A stretch of 54,823 nucleotides of DNA, taken from assembly GCA_045656125.1 (NCBI GenBank), contig JAZOQN010000091.1:1-54823 (forward strand), given 5' to 3'. The position numbers and the translations under genes were made by a program. Under the pieces are notes generated by a model, which did not search any database, was not told the DNA's origin, and saw only the letters and a list, made by a program, of their open reading frames with translations. This document shows, one piece after another, positions 27,214 through 38,011 of this stretch. Source of the stretch: Acutalibacteraceae bacterium. GTDB taxonomy: Bacteria; Bacillota; Clostridia; Oscillospirales; Acutalibacteraceae. Position 1 is the first letter of the stretch. Each line of letters starts with the position of its first letter.

Positions 27214-27936
27214 ATGCATAAGCAGAAGTTGAATTTGAAGTCGGCATCGAGAAAACCAATTACTGATAGCATAGCCGCCGTTATTTTTGCGACGGCTATG
27301 TTTTTCTTTATATTGTCGTTTTCTATTTCACTACCGATTTATTGCAGAGGGTTTTATTTTGCACATATAGAACCTCTAAATTTGGTTGAACACAGCGGAT
27401 ATTCGGTTGATGAAATCAAAGAGGCTTATAACGAGGTTTTGGATTATCTGACATTGCCTGACCGCGAGTTTGGTTGCGGTGTTATGCGGTTTTCTAAAGA
27501 CGGTGCAGCTCATTTTGCGGACTGCAAGGTGTTGTTTAATATTAATTTAACCGCTTTGATAACGTCGGGCGTTTGCCTTGTTGTATTGTTGATTTTAAGA
27601 AAGTGTAAAAAGGTCAAAGGTTTTTATATCGGGCGTTTTCCGGCGTACACTTATTCAGGCTTGGCGGCAATACTTATTCCGTTGGTCGTGGGAGTTTTAG
27701 CGTCGTTAAATTTTGAAAAAGCGTTTATTGTTTTTCACCGCATATTTTTCCCCGGTAAATCAAATTGGTATTTCGACGGTGATGTTGACCCGATAATAAA
27801 TGTTTTACCTGAGCGGTTTTTTATGAATTGTGCAATACTTATTGGCAGTGTGACAGCGTTGCTGTCGGTAACGTTAATAGTTGTTGGAATCGTAAAAAGA
27901 AAACACAAAATTGACAAAAAACGCTATGTGTGTTAA
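27214..27936 (+). CDS. TIGR01906/DUF1461 family integral membrane protein (Lit-like)
   Basis: 240 aa with 4 TM and the conserved signature FHRIFFPGKSNWYFDGDVDPIINVLPERFF. The start is 2 nt after the SPFH stop. Confidence 0.6.
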   Translation: MHKQKLNLKSASRKPITDSIAAVIFATAMFFFILSFSISLPIYCRGFYFAHIEPLNLVEHSGYSVDEIKEAYNEVLDYLTLPDREFGCGVMRFSKDGAAHFADCKVLFNINLTALITSGVCLVVLLILRKCKKVKGFYIGRFPAYTYSGLAAILIPLVVGVLASLNFEKAFIVFHRIFFPGKSNWYFDGDVDPIINVLPERFFMNCAILIGSVTALLSVTLIVVGIVKRKHKIDKKRYVC

Positions 27937-27976
27937 ACTACAAAGTAGTCATACCTTGTAAAAGCTGGTGCTGAAA

Positions 27977-29644
27977 ATGAATATTGTAGAAAATTTACAG
28001 TTTTTTGGTGAAGATACAAGAAAACGCAAGTTCTTAATGCCCAAATCAATTGTTAAAACCGCAGGAGAAGTACGTTTTCCTGAAAAATTATTGAACATTA
28101 AACCTATGCAAATAGGGCTTTGTGAGCCTGAGGTTACCGAACTTGAGAATAAGGACGGTAAAAAGGCTTCGGTTATACTTGATTTCGGCGTGGAAATCCA
28201 CGGCGGAGTGCGTATTTTAGCGGCTTTTCACAAAGGAACAAAGAATCCGTTGGTTACCGTTACTTTTGGTGAGTCGTTATCTGAAGTTGAAAGTACGGTT
28301 GGTGAAAAAGGTGCTACAAATGACCACGCTGCAAGGCAATTCACCGTACCTGTGCCGTCGTTAAGTGACCAAGAATGGGGTCAGACCGGATTTAGATATG
28401 TTAAACTTGAATTACAAGATGAAAACACTCTTTTGAAGTTAAAAACAGTTGCCGCTGTTTTTGTTTATCGCGATTATGAGTACATAGGCTCTTTCGAGTG
28501 TGACGATGCTGAAATCAATGAGATTTATGATACTGCCGTTTACACTTGCCACCTTTGTTTGCAAAACTTGGTGTGGGATGGAATTAAGCGTGACCGACTT
28601 GTATGGATTGGCGATATGATGATTGAAACCATGACGGTACGCAATGTTTTCGGAAGACAAAGTATTGTTGAAGAAAGCCTTGATTTTGTTCGTGACCAAA
28701 CTCCGTTGCCGGGTTGGATGAACAATATGCCGGCATACTCTTTGTGGTGGATTTTGATTTTGTACGATTGGTATTTTGCCACCGGTGACGATAAATATTT
28801 AAATAACCAAAAAGAATATTTGGTAAAACTAAGCGAGCAGTTGTGCAGTCATATTGAGCCTGACGGAAATGATACCATAAACAATTATTTCCTCGATTGG
28901 CCTACTGAAGCAAACCCGAAAAAGAAGTGGGCGGTAAGAGGGTTGCTTAAATCGGCATTGCTTCGTTCGGCAGAACTTTTGTCGATATTAGGAGATACAT
29001 CTACTGCCGAAAAATGTAAAGCACACGCTAAATTGCTTGAAAAAATTAAGGGCGAAGCAGGTGACGTTAAGCAGATTGCTGCCGTTATGTCGCTTTCGGA
29101 CCAAATGGACCCTGATGTTGCTGCAGATATAATTGAGAAAGATGGCATTAAAGGATTTTCAACCTTTATGGGTTATCATTTGCCGTCGGCATTGGCAAAA
29201 GCGGGTAGATTTGGTAGTGCATTAAAACTTATGAAAGAGTACTATGCTGAACTGCTCAATAAAAAAGCAACCTCATTTTTTGAGGATTACAACGCCGATT
29301 GGAGTGACAACAGTACCGATTTGACCGAGTTGCCGCAAGGTGACCAAAGAGATATTCACGGCGATTTCGGTGCGTATTGTTATAAAGGCTTCCGTCACAG
29401 CTTCTGTCACGGTTGGGCGGCAAGTCCTGTTCCGTATTTGACCGAATATGTTTTGGGTGTAACGGTTGAAGAACCGGGTTGCAAAACTTTAAAAATCACA
29501 CCGCATTTAGATGGATTAAAATGGGTTAAGGGTAAATTCCCGACACCTTTCGGCGTGGTTTCTATCGAACATAAACTGTTGCCTGACGGCAAAATTGATT
29601 CAAAAATTGAGGCTCCTTGCGGTGTAAAGGTTATTTTGGAGTAA
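27977..29644 (+). CDS. Six-hairpin glycosidase, alpha-L-rhamnosidase (GH78)-like
   Basis: About 555 aa. WDGIKRDRLVWIGDM resembles the GH78 D-x-P-x-R-(E/D)-R-x-G-W-x-GD region, and the C-terminal part has the (alpha/alpha)6-like pattern. Start taken at the ATG at 27977. Confidence 0.55.
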   Translation: MNIVENLQFFGEDTRKRKFLMPKSIVKTAGEVRFPEKLLNIKPMQIGLCEPEVTELENKDGKKASVILDFGVEIHGGVRILAAFHKGTKNPLVTVTFGESLSEVESTVGEKGATNDHAARQFTVPVPSLSDQEWGQTGFRYVKLELQDENTLLKLKTVAAVFVYRDYEYIGSFECDDAEINEIYDTAVYTCHLCLQNLVWDGIKRDRLVWIGDMMIETMTVRNVFGRQSIVEESLDFVRDQTPLPGWMNNMPAYSLWWILILYDWYFATGDDKYLNNQKEYLVKLSEQLCSHIEPDGNDTINNYFLDWPTEANPKKKWAVRGLLKSALLRSAELLSILGDTSTAEKCKAHAKLLEKIKGEAGDVKQIAAVMSLSDQMDPDVAADIIEKDGIKGFSTFMGYHLPSALAKAGRFGSALKLMKEYYAELLNKKATSFFEDYNADWSDNSTDLTELPQGDQRDIHGDFGAYCYKGFRHSFCHGWAASPVPYLTEYVLGVTVEEPGCKTLKITPHLDGLKWVKGKFPTPFGVVSIEHKLLPDGKIDSKIEAPCGVKVILE

Positions 29645-29755
29645 AATTTTCATAGAATTTGTTAACACTTTAAAAAAATTCACAAAATGTCTTTATTATT
29701 TTTTGTAGATAGTGTAAAATAAATTTACTAAAAAACACGTTTGGTAGGGGTGTTT

Positions 29756-30103
29756 ATGGCTAATAAATTCAGAATTACCGTGGGTGGTATCGATTACATT
29801 ATTGCATCGGAAGACGAGGAGACCTATGTACGTCAAATTGGTGACGAGCTTAACCATAAGTTAGATTCGTTGGCTCGAAGCAATCCGTATCTTTCAACCG
29901 CAATGGTTGCAATTTTGGCAGCATTGGAGTATTGCGATAACGCTAAAAAGGCCAATGCTGTTGCTGAGGAAGCAAAGGCTGAGCTTAAAGGCATTTCCGA
30001 AGATTTGGCTTGTGCAAGATTGGAGATTGACGGAGCACGTCGTGAGATTGAGCGTTTGAATAGCGAAAACCGTCAGTTGCGTATAGGTAAAAGTGCATTA
30101 TGA
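29756..30103 (+). CDS. zapA: Cell division protein ZapA
   Basis: About 115 aa from the ATG at 29756 (TAGGGGTG upstream): FRITVGGIDYIIASEDEETYVRQIGDELNHKLDSL...MVAILAALEY, followed by a coiled coil. Confidence 0.85.
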   Translation: MANKFRITVGGIDYIIASEDEETYVRQIGDELNHKLDSLARSNPYLSTAMVAILAALEYCDNAKKANAVAEEAKAELKGISEDLACARLEIDGARREIERLNSENRQLRIGKSAL

Positions 30104-32166
30104 TTGAGGTACTTGCCCCTGCAGGCGGGGTGGATAGTTTTAAAGCCGCCGTTCTGTCGGGTGCTGATGCGGTGTATTTCGGTGCGGGCAATTTTAATGC
30201 TCGCCGAAATGCCAAAAATTTTACAACTGAAGATGTGCGGCAGTGTGCCGCGTTTGCAAGGGTGAGAGGGGTTAAGACCTATCTTACCCTTAATACACTT
30301 TTAGGCGATAATGAGTTAAAGGCGGCGCTTGACACTGCTTTAATGGCGGCGGAGTGTGGAATCGATGCACTGATTGTGCAGGATTTGGGGTTGGCTAAAC
30401 TTTTACGAAAGTATTTACCCAATATGCCAATTCACGCGTCAACTCAAATGTCGGTACATTCTGCCGAAAGTCTATCGCTTTTAAAGGAAATGGGATTTTC
30501 GCGCGTGGTTGTCGCACGTGAAATGGATAAAGAGTCTTTACAAAAACTTTGTAAAGAAGCAACTCGACTCGGGATTGAAGTAGAGGCATTTGTTCACGGT
30601 GCATTGTGTATGTGCCTTTCGGGACAGTGTTATTTGAGCAGTGTTTTGGGTGGCCGGAGTGGTAACCGAGGACTTTGTGCGCAACCTTGTCGTCTGCCGT
30701 TTGGGGTGAAAAACGGTACGGGACACGATTTAAGTTTAAAGGATATGAGTTATATTTCTCATATTGCCGAAATGCGTGATATGGGAGTTACTTCATTTAA
30801 AATCGAAGGCAGAATGAAACGTCCCGAATATGTTGCCGCTGCTGTGACAGCCGTTAAAAATGCCGTTTTGGGCAAACCCGTCACACCGGAGATTAAAGAG
30901 TTACTTTCGGGTATTTTCTCTCGTTCGGGTCACACTGATGGGTATTATAAAAATGCACTGGGCGTTGGAATGTTCGGCACAAGAACCGACAGTGACGAAA
31001 AACTGTCACAAAAACTTATAAACTCCGCACACGAGCTTTACCGCCGTGAAATCGGCAGGGTAGAGGTGTTGGCAGAGGTTGCCATTAAGAAAAACGAGCA
31101 GGTTTCACTAACTCTTCGGGATAACGACAAAAATAGTGTTACTGTTTTTGGTGAACCACCTGAAACAGCCCTTAATCGCGAAATTAACGGTGATTTTGTT
31201 GCCGAAAAATTGCAAAAATGCGGTGGAACACCTTTTATAATGGGTGATGTTAAGTGTGAAATAGACGGCGGACTTTCGGTAAGCGGTGCTATGTTAAACG
31301 AACTGCGACGCAATGCGTTATCGCTTTTGGGCGAGAAAAGAGCCGAATATGACGGCAGTGCAGTTAAAGATAATACCGTTAGCGAGTTTGAATTGGAAAA
31401 ACACAACGTAAGAGATGTTTTGCCAAAGGCAATCGCATATTTTAGAAATTCAGAGCAAATACCAAACGATTTGAGTGGAATTTCGGCAGTCATTTTACCG
31501 TGTGAAACCGATTTTTCCAAAGTAAACATTCCGCAAAACATTCCTGTTTTAGCCGATATTCCGAGAGGAATTTTGCATAATACCGATTTGATTTTGCAAC
31601 AGTTACAGTCGGCTAAAGAAAATGGGGTTAAGGCTGTCGTTTGCGGAAATTTAGCATCGTTTTCATTGGCTCAAAAGGTAGGATTGCCTGTTGTCAGTGG
31701 TTTTGGTATGAATGTTTTCAACACCGAAAGTGTGAAAGCGGTTGCTGATTTTGGTGCAAAGGCTACGGTTCTTTCGTTTGAGATGTCGCTTGACGATGCC
31801 GTGCATTGCGGAGGCGATATACCGAAAGGTATCATTTCTTATGGCAGATTACCGCTGATGTTGGTGCGAAACTGCCCCAATAAAAACGGTGCAGGCTGTA
31901 AAAATTGCAACGGAAAATCAACCATAACCGACCGTAAAGGGATTGAGTTCCCTATAATGTGCCGAGGTGAGTTTTCTGAAGTGTTTAACTCCCGTCCTTT
32001 GTGGCTTTTTGACCGCAAAAAAGAAATGAGGGGATTGGATTTCGAGGTGCTTAATTTTACCGACGAAACACCAGAACGTTGTCAAGAAGTGTTGTCAGCA
32101 TACCGCAAAAATTTGTCACCCGATACTGATTTTACACGCGGACTATATTTCCGCGAGGTATATTAA
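30100..32166 (+). CDS. Peptidase U32 family protein (long form)
   Basis: 688 aa starting MIEVLAPAGG...GADAVYFGA..FNAR, with a Cys-rich segment and a U32 signature region (E.FVHGALC). Its ATG overlaps the zapA stop (ATGA). Confidence 0.85.
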   Translation: MIEVLAPAGGVDSFKAAVLSGADAVYFGAGNFNARRNAKNFTTEDVRQCAAFARVRGVKTYLTLNTLLGDNELKAALDTALMAAECGIDALIVQDLGLAKLLRKYLPNMPIHASTQMSVHSAESLSLLKEMGFSRVVVAREMDKESLQKLCKEATRLGIEVEAFVHGALCMCLSGQCYLSSVLGGRSGNRGLCAQPCRLPFGVKNGTGHDLSLKDMSYISHIAEMRDMGVTSFKIEGRMKRPEYVAAAVTAVKNAVLGKPVTPEIKELLSGIFSRSGHTDGYYKNALGVGMFGTRTDSDEKLSQKLINSAHELYRREIGRVEVLAEVAIKKNEQVSLTLRDNDKNSVTVFGEPPETALNREINGDFVAEKLQKCGGTPFIMGDVKCEIDGGLSVSGAMLNELRRNALSLLGEKRAEYDGSAVKDNTVSEFELEKHNVRDVLPKAIAYFRNSEQIPNDLSGISAVILPCETDFSKVNIPQNIPVLADIPRGILHNTDLILQQLQSAKENGVKAVVCGNLASFSLAQKVGLPVVSGFGMNVFNTESVKAVADFGAKATVLSFEMSLDDAVHCGGDIPKGIISYGRLPLMLVRNCPNKNGAGCKNCNGKSTITDRKGIEFPIMCRGEFSEVFNSRPLWLFDRKKEMRGLDFEVLNFTDETPERCQEVLSAYRKNLSPDTDFTRGLYFREVY

Positions 32167-32191
32167 CTTTTTCTAAAAGAGGTTTTGAAAA

Positions 32192-34096
32192 ATGAGAAAA
32201 AAGAATTTTAAAGCCGAGTCAAAACGTTTGCTTGACTTAATGATTAACTCGATTTACACTAACCGAGATATTTTCCTGCGTGAAATTATTTCCAACGCGA
32301 GTGATGCGGTAGATAAATTGCATTACATTTCTTTGACTGATGAGTCGGTGCGTGAAAAAGCAACCGAATTCGGCATTTTTATAACGGTCGATAAAGAAAA
32401 CCGCACCGTAACCGTTTCGGACAGCGGTATCGGTATGGACGAAAAGGAATTAGAGGAAAACTTGGGTACAATTGCAAAAAGCGGTTCGTTAGCATTTAAA
32501 AGTGAACTCGAAAATACCGAGGATGCAGATATTATAGGTCAATTCGGCGTTGGTTTTTACTCAGCCTTTATGGTTGCTGAAAAGGTGACCGTTGTTACCC
32601 GTAAATATAATTCTGATGTTGCGTTAAAGTGGGTGAGCGAGGGTTGTGACGGTTATACAATTGAGGAATGTCAAAAGGATACTTTAGGCACCGATATTAT
32701 CATGCAAATTAAACCCGATACAGACGAGGACAAGTTCTCGCAATATCTTGATACTTATACAATTCAAAGCTTAATTAAACAGTATTCCGATTATATCCGT
32801 TACCCCATTAAAATGGAAATTGAAACAACCAAAAATGTTGCTTCTGAGGGTGAGGAAGCCAAATACGAAAAGGTTAAAGAAATAAAAACCTTGAATAGTA
32901 TGGTGCCAATTTGGGCAAGACCGAAGTCTGAGGTTAGTGATGAGGACTGTGCAGAATACTATAAGTCTAAATTTATGGACTTTTCTAACCCGCTGCTTAC
33001 AATCCGCCAAAATGCTGACGGTCTTGTGTCATACAAGGCAATGCTTTTTGTTCCCTCAAAGGTGCCTTACGGTTACTTTACCAAGGACTTTGAAAAAGGC
33101 TTGCAGTTGTATTCATCGGGCGTTTTAATTATGGACAGATGTGAGCAATTGTTGCCTGACCATTTCCGTTTTGTTAAAGGTGTTGTAGATACTGCCGATT
33201 TGTCATTGAACATTTCGCGTGAACTTTTACAGAATGACCGTCAGTTAAAGGTTATTGCCGGCGGTATTGAAAAGAAAATTAAGTCGGAACTCAAAAAGTT
33301 AATGGAAAATGAGCCTGAAAAGTACGCAGAATTCTGGAAAAACTTTGGTATTCAGATTAAGTACGGTGTGGTTTCGGATTACGGTATTTACAAAGATGCC
33401 GTAATGGATTTACTTGTTTTCCGCTCGTCAAACGGCGAGAGCTTGACCACGCTGAAAGATTATGTTTCAAGAATGCCCGAAGAACAGCAATTTATCTATT
33501 ATTTAAGCGGTGAGTCGGCAGAGAAAATCGCCCAACTTCCGCAGGCTGAACTTTGTCGCGACAAGGGTTATGAAATCCTTTACCTGACTGATGATGTTGA
33601 CGAGTTTGTTGTGTCGGGCATTGGTAAGTTTGAGGAAAAAGAGTTTAAATCGGTTGATGCTGAGGATTCGGGGCTTGTATCCGAAGACGAGAAAAAAGCA
33701 CTTGAAGAAACCCGTGAAACCAATAAAGATTTGTGTGAGTTTGTAAAAACTGCAATCGGTGATGACATTTCATCCTGCGTTATTTCAGAAAAGCTGAAAT
33801 CCAAGCCGGTATTCCTTTCTACAACAGGTCCGGTTACTTTGGAAATGGAAAAATATTTTAGTTTGATGCCGGATGACGGAAATCCCAAGCCGAAAGCAGA
33901 AAAAGTGCTTGAATTAAACCCCGACCACGCTATTTTTAAGGTGTTAAAAACTGCTTTTGAAACCGATAAGCCGAAGGCAGAAAAAATTGCAAAGGTTTTA
34001 AATTGCAATGCACGTCTTATTGCAGGTTTGCCGATTGACAACGCTGTTGAATTTTGTGACATTGTTGCAGAAATTTTAGTTGATACAAAGGATTAA
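32192..34096 (+). CDS. htpG: Molecular chaperone HtpG (Hsp90)
   Basis: 634 aa with the GHKL N-terminus LLDLMINSIYTNRDIFLREIISNASDA.DKL and IGQFGVGFYSAFMVA. Confidence 0.95.
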   Translation: MRKKNFKAESKRLLDLMINSIYTNRDIFLREIISNASDAVDKLHYISLTDESVREKATEFGIFITVDKENRTVTVSDSGIGMDEKELEENLGTIAKSGSLAFKSELENTEDADIIGQFGVGFYSAFMVAEKVTVVTRKYNSDVALKWVSEGCDGYTIEECQKDTLGTDIIMQIKPDTDEDKFSQYLDTYTIQSLIKQYSDYIRYPIKMEIETTKNVASEGEEAKYEKVKEIKTLNSMVPIWARPKSEVSDEDCAEYYKSKFMDFSNPLLTIRQNADGLVSYKAMLFVPSKVPYGYFTKDFEKGLQLYSSGVLIMDRCEQLLPDHFRFVKGVVDTADLSLNISRELLQNDRQLKVIAGGIEKKIKSELKKLMENEPEKYAEFWKNFGIQIKYGVVSDYGIYKDAVMDLLVFRSSNGESLTTLKDYVSRMPEEQQFIYYLSGESAEKIAQLPQAELCRDKGYEILYLTDDVDEFVVSGIGKFEEKEFKSVDAEDSGLVSEDEKKALEETRETNKDLCEFVKTAIGDDISSCVISEKLKSKPVFLSTTGPVTLEMEKYFSLMPDDGNPKPKAEKVLELNPDHAIFKVLKTAFETDKPKAEKIAKVLNCNARLIAGLPIDNAVEFCDIVAEILVDTKD

Positions 34097-34101
34097 GCCT
34101 T

Positions 34102-34326
34102 ATGATGATATATGTGAAATACTTTGTAATTTGGTTGCTTTTCATGGGGTTGATTGCCGCAATAACCCTTGTTGTGCCAAAATTAGCAAAGGTTATTGAG
34201 CAAAAGATTAAAAAAATCAAAGAAACCAAAAAATCAAATTTCGGCATTGCCAATCTTTCAGACGAGGCCATTTTACCCGCAGAAATGCTTGAAAAAAATA
34301 ACAAAACCGATGACGAGGGAAAGTAA
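34102..34326 (+). CDS. Small single-pass membrane protein, hypothetical
   Basis: 74 aa, one TM (FVIWLLFMGLIAAITLVV) then a Lys/Glu-rich tail. It starts 5 nt after the htpG stop. Its reality is uncertain. Confidence 0.4.
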   Translation: MMIYVKYFVIWLLFMGLIAAITLVVPKLAKVIEQKIKKIKETKKSNFGIANLSDEAILPAEMLEKNNKTDDEGK

Positions 34327-34335
34327 AATATTACC

Positions 34336-34380
34336 AAAAACACAAGCACCCTGCTTAACAATAAGCAGGGTGCTATTTTT
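34336..34380. terminator. Bidirectional terminator (convergent genes)
   Basis: agcaccctgctta-acaa-taagcagggtgct, a perfect 13-bp stem with a T-run after it and an A-rich stretch before it. Confidence 0.8.
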
Positions 34381-34394
34381 AGGTTTTATGAATT

Positions 34395-35984
34395 TTAAAA
34401 TTTCAAAATAATTTCGTCATTTGTAGGTGTGACGCTGAAATTGTCTTTAATTTCGCCTTTTTCGGCGGTTACTGAATAATCAAAACCGTCAAACGTAAAG
34501 TTGATACGGTTGTCGACCAATTCAACTTTAGTTACAAAAGAAATGTTTGTTTTGCCGTTGTTGTGGTTTGCATATTGGTCGGCAAAATCTTCTGTTCCCA
34601 AAACCCTTTGTTTGTCGTATTTGGGTGACAGCGCAAAACCGTCAATATTGGTTTCGATTGCGATTTTCTGCTCGGTCATTGTGAATTTTGCAAATTCACT
34701 GCCCAAACTCAACACTACGGTTGATGTGTTTTCTTGTGGCTCGTCATATTTTACGCTGTCCCACTTTATAACTTCGCCGTTTTTGGTGAGGTATATACCT
34801 GCTACAATGCCTTCTTTAACGTTGGAATAAACGCATCCGTCCATTACGGGCAGGTTTCTGAACTCGCAAGCGTGGGAGTCACAACGCTTAGTTAAATAAT
34901 GCTCGGGATATTGCTCATCAAAAACATAAATATCTCTGATTTTAGCAACGCCGTCATTATCAACAAAAATGTTGGTGCGGTAATGTTTACTGCAATACCA
35001 TATTGAACGCATATTGGGGTGTAACCAAGCGTCGTTAGTTGCAATGGCGGATGCAGGTGTGGTTTTAAAGTGTTCTTTATAATATCTTCCGCTTTCACCC
35101 AAGGTCATCACATCGACCTTGCCGTCCTTTTGAAGTTCGGCAATTTTCGGGAACTGATACTCTATTCCCGGGCCCATTACTTTCCAACCGAAACTGTTTT
35201 CCTGACCTGCTTGAGTATAACCGAACGAAAGACCGTTTCCGTTGAAAATCTCTTTAAAGAACCAATCGCACCAAGCGGGGTTTCTGCCCAACTGTCCTGC
35301 TTCCAAAGTGGCGGTGTTACGCTCTAATCCATACTTTATTATGTGGCTGTCGTAATTGTATACGGGGTCAGAACCTAACATTCTGAAAACAGGCATATTT
35401 ATCTGGTTTTCTAAAGTTTTTGCAGGGCAGAACATATTGTTAATGCTTGGGTAGTATGCCTGATTATAGTATCCTCCTTGCATAGTATATCCGTCGGTAC
35501 CAACCTGGTCACGGCATATACAGCAGGCGTCAACATTATATTTTTCGGCTAAATGGCGTATTGAAACAGAATCTATATGCCATGAACCGACCGATTTGGG
35601 ATAATAGCCGTATAACTCTTTAAATTTGTTCATAGCCTTGTCAATAAGGCGGATACGGACTTCGGGTTCATAACCGATAAGGAAGCCAACATCGTTGTAC
35701 CAATCCCACGGGTATCTGCCGTGCCATTCCTCGCCGATATCCTCGACCAACGGTTGTACTATTTCAAACCAAAGACCGATTTCGCAAATGTCAGTATAAT
35801 CGGCTAAAAGATTTCTGAAATTAGGTGAAATCAGAGCATCATACTGCAAAAGGAACGTTCCGCGAAGTCCAAGTTCACGCATTATGCGGGTTTGCTCGAT
35901 AATGGGCTTTTCAAGGTCAATATTTCTGCCCTCTCTTGGCTCAACTGCACGGACAAAGTTGACAATATTTACAATGTTCTTCAT
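34395..35984 (-). CDS. Hypothetical protein, possibly carbohydrate-active (family not recognised)
   Basis: 529 aa from the ATG at 35984 (AAAGGAG SD). There is no signal peptide. The N-terminal about 400 aa alternates beta/alpha-like segments (NIVNFVRAVEPR...GTFLLQYDAL...). The C-terminal about 130 aa looks like a beta-sandwich. Confidence 0.6.
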   Translation of the reverse strand: MKNIVNIVNFVRAVEPREGRNIDLEKPIIEQTRIMRELGLRGTFLLQYDALISPNFRNLLADYTDICEIGLWFEIVQPLVEDIGEEWHGRYPWDWYNDVGFLIGYEPEVRIRLIDKAMNKFKELYGYYPKSVGSWHIDSVSIRHLAEKYNVDACCICRDQVGTDGYTMQGGYYNQAYYPSINNMFCPAKTLENQINMPVFRMLGSDPVYNYDSHIIKYGLERNTATLEAGQLGRNPAWCDWFFKEIFNGNGLSFGYTQAGQENSFGWKVMGPGIEYQFPKIAELQKDGKVDVMTLGESGRYYKEHFKTTPASAIATNDAWLHPNMRSIWYCSKHYRTNIFVDNDGVAKIRDIYVFDEQYPEHYLTKRCDSHACEFRNLPVMDGCVYSNVKEGIVAGIYLTKNGEVIKWDSVKYDEPQENTSTVVLSLGSEFAKFTMTEQKIAIETNIDGFALSPKYDKQRVLGTEDFADQYANHNNGKTNISFVTKVELVDNRINFTFDGFDYSVTAEKGEIKDNFSVTPTNDEIILKF

Positions 35985-36203
35985 ACAAAAAACTCCTTTT
36001 GGTTGCGATAATGTATACAACTGTCATTATAAACTCAAAAAACTTTATTGTCAATGTTGTGTTGTAATTTAAAGCAAATATCTTCTTAATCCAATTACAA
36101 AAAGGATATATCAAAAAATATGTTGTAAATTCACGGCCGATAGTATAAAATAGGGAAAGTAGATTAAACAAAATTTCCGACGTTGTCGGAGAACGGAGAA
36201 AAA

Positions 36204-38009
36204 ATGTCAATACCTCAGGAACGAATCAGAAATTTTTGCATTATTGCTCATATTGACCACGGCAAGTCGACCCTTGCTGACCGCCTTTTGGAGCATACCA
36301 AAACGGTGTCCCAGCGTGAAATGGAGGACCAGCTGTTAGACAGTATGGACCTTGAACGCGAACGCGGAATTACCATTAAATCTCACGCGGTAACGCTTTA
36401 TTATGAGGCTGAGGACGGTTTGGAGTATGAGTTTAACTTAATAGATACCCCCGGACACGTTGACTTTAACTATGAGGTGTCGAGGTCTTTGGCGGCTTGC
36501 GAGGGTGCAATTTTGATTGTTGACGCTTCGCAGGGGATTGAGGCTCAAACCCTCGCCAACACATACTTGGCGGTTGACCATGGGCTTGAACTTTTGCCGG
36601 TTATCAATAAAATTGACCTGCCGAGTGCCGACCCCGAGAGAATCCGTCACGATATTGAGGATATTATCGGTATTGACGCTTCCGAAGCACCGTTGATTTC
36701 GGCTAAAAACGATATCAATATCCCCGAGGTTTTGGAAAAAATCGTAAAACTTATTCCGCCACCTCAAGGTGACGATAAAAAGCCGTTGAAAGCCTTGATT
36801 TTTGACTCTTATTATGATTCATATAAGGGCGTTATTGTATATTTCAGAGTGGTTGAGGGTGAAGTAAGACCCGGACAGACCATTCGTATGATGGCAACCG
36901 GTGCCGAGTTTGACGTTGTCGAAGTCGGACGTAAACGCGGTAATGTTATGACTCCTTGTGACTGCTTAAAAGCGGGAGAGGTTGGTTATATTGCCGCCGC
37001 AATTAAAAATGTTGCCGATGCACGTGTCGGTGATACGATGACCGACGCTGAAAACCCTGCCGAAGCACCGCTTGATGGCTACCGCAAGGTCAATCCGGTT
37101 GTTTTCTGCGGTATTTATCCTGCCGACGGTGCTCATTATACCGATTTGAGAGAGGCTTTGGAAAAGTTACAACTCAATGACGCTTCGCTCTTGTTCGAGG
37201 CTGAAACGTCGGGTGCTTTGGGCTTTGGTTTCAGATGCGGATTTTTAGGGCTACTGCATATGGAAATTATCCAGGAACGCTTGGAAAGAGAGTACAATCT
37301 CGACCTTGTTACAACTGCACCGAGCGTTGAGTATAAATTTGAACTGACAACAGGTGAAACCGTTACTGTTGCCAACCCGACCAACTATCCCGACCCTGCT
37401 ACTATCGTCACCGCGTTAGAGCCGATGGCTGATGTTAATATCTACAGCCCGAGCGAGTTTGTCGGTGCGATTATGGGACTTTGTCAGGAGCGTCGCGGAG
37501 AGTATATAGGTATGAATTACATCGGCGACCGCGTCGATATGCACTATATTTTGCCGGTTGGCGAAATTGTGTATGACTTCTTTGATGCGTTGAAGTCGCG
37601 TACCAGAGGTTATGCAAGTTACGATTATGAAATTAAGGATTATCAGGCATCAAAACTGGTTAAACTGGATGTTTTACTTGCTGGTGATGTTGTTGACGCA
37701 TTGTCGTTCATCGTTCACGCCGATAATTCTTATGCAAGGGCTCGCAGAATTGCCGAAAAGTTAAAGGATTATATCCCAAGACAGTTGTTTGAGATTCCCG
37801 TTCAGGTGGCAATCGGCGGTAAGGTTATTGCCCGTGAGACCGTTAAGGCTATGCGAAAAGACGTTCTTGCCAAGTGCTACGGCGGTGATATTACCCGTAA
37901 AAAGAAGTTGCTTGTAAAGCAAAAAGAGGGTAAAAAGCGTATGCGTCAGTTAGGCTCGGTCGAAGTTCCGCAGGAAGCCTTCATGGCAGTTTTGAAATTG
38001 GATGAATAA
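36204..38009 (+). CDS. lepA: Translation elongation factor 4 (LepA)
   Basis: About 601 aa from the ATG at 36204 (GGAGAA SD). It carries [34 protein letters not shown] and a LepA-specific C-terminus. Confidence 0.96.
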   Translation: MSIPQERIRNFCIIAHIDHGKSTLADRLLEHTKTVSQREMEDQLLDSMDLERERGITIKSHAVTLYYEAEDGLEYEFNLIDTPGHVDFNYEVSRSLAACEGAILIVDASQGIEAQTLANTYLAVDHGLELLPVINKIDLPSADPERIRHDIEDIIGIDASEAPLISAKNDINIPEVLEKIVKLIPPPQGDDKKPLKALIFDSYYDSYKGVIVYFRVVEGEVRPGQTIRMMATGAEFDVVEVGRKRGNVMTPCDCLKAGEVGYIAAAIKNVADARVGDTMTDAENPAEAPLDGYRKVNPVVFCGIYPADGAHYTDLREALEKLQLNDASLLFEAETSGALGFGFRCGFLGLLHMEIIQERLEREYNLDLVTTAPSVEYKFELTTGETVTVANPTNYPDPATIVTALEPMADVNIYSPSEFVGAIMGLCQERRGEYIGMNYIGDRVDMHYILPVGEIVYDFFDALKSRTRGYASYDYEIKDYQASKLVKLDVLLAGDVVDALSFIVHADNSYARARRIAEKLKDYIPRQLFEIPVQVAIGGKVIARETVKAMRKDVLAKCYGGDITRKKKLLVKQKEGKKRMRQLGSVEVPQEAFMAVLKLDE

Positions 38010-38011
38010 CA

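Noticed and set aside
30100-30103. zapA / U32 peptidase 4-nt overlap (ATGA)
   Set aside because: This is ordinary translational coupling and not unusual. It is noted only as support for co-transcription.
34017-34361. 114-aa minus-strand ORF overlapping the htpG 3' end and the 74-aa plus ORF
   Set aside because: It overlaps htpG and would have to start within the bidirectional terminator region (34336-34380). The plus-strand small ORF is itself only weakly supported.
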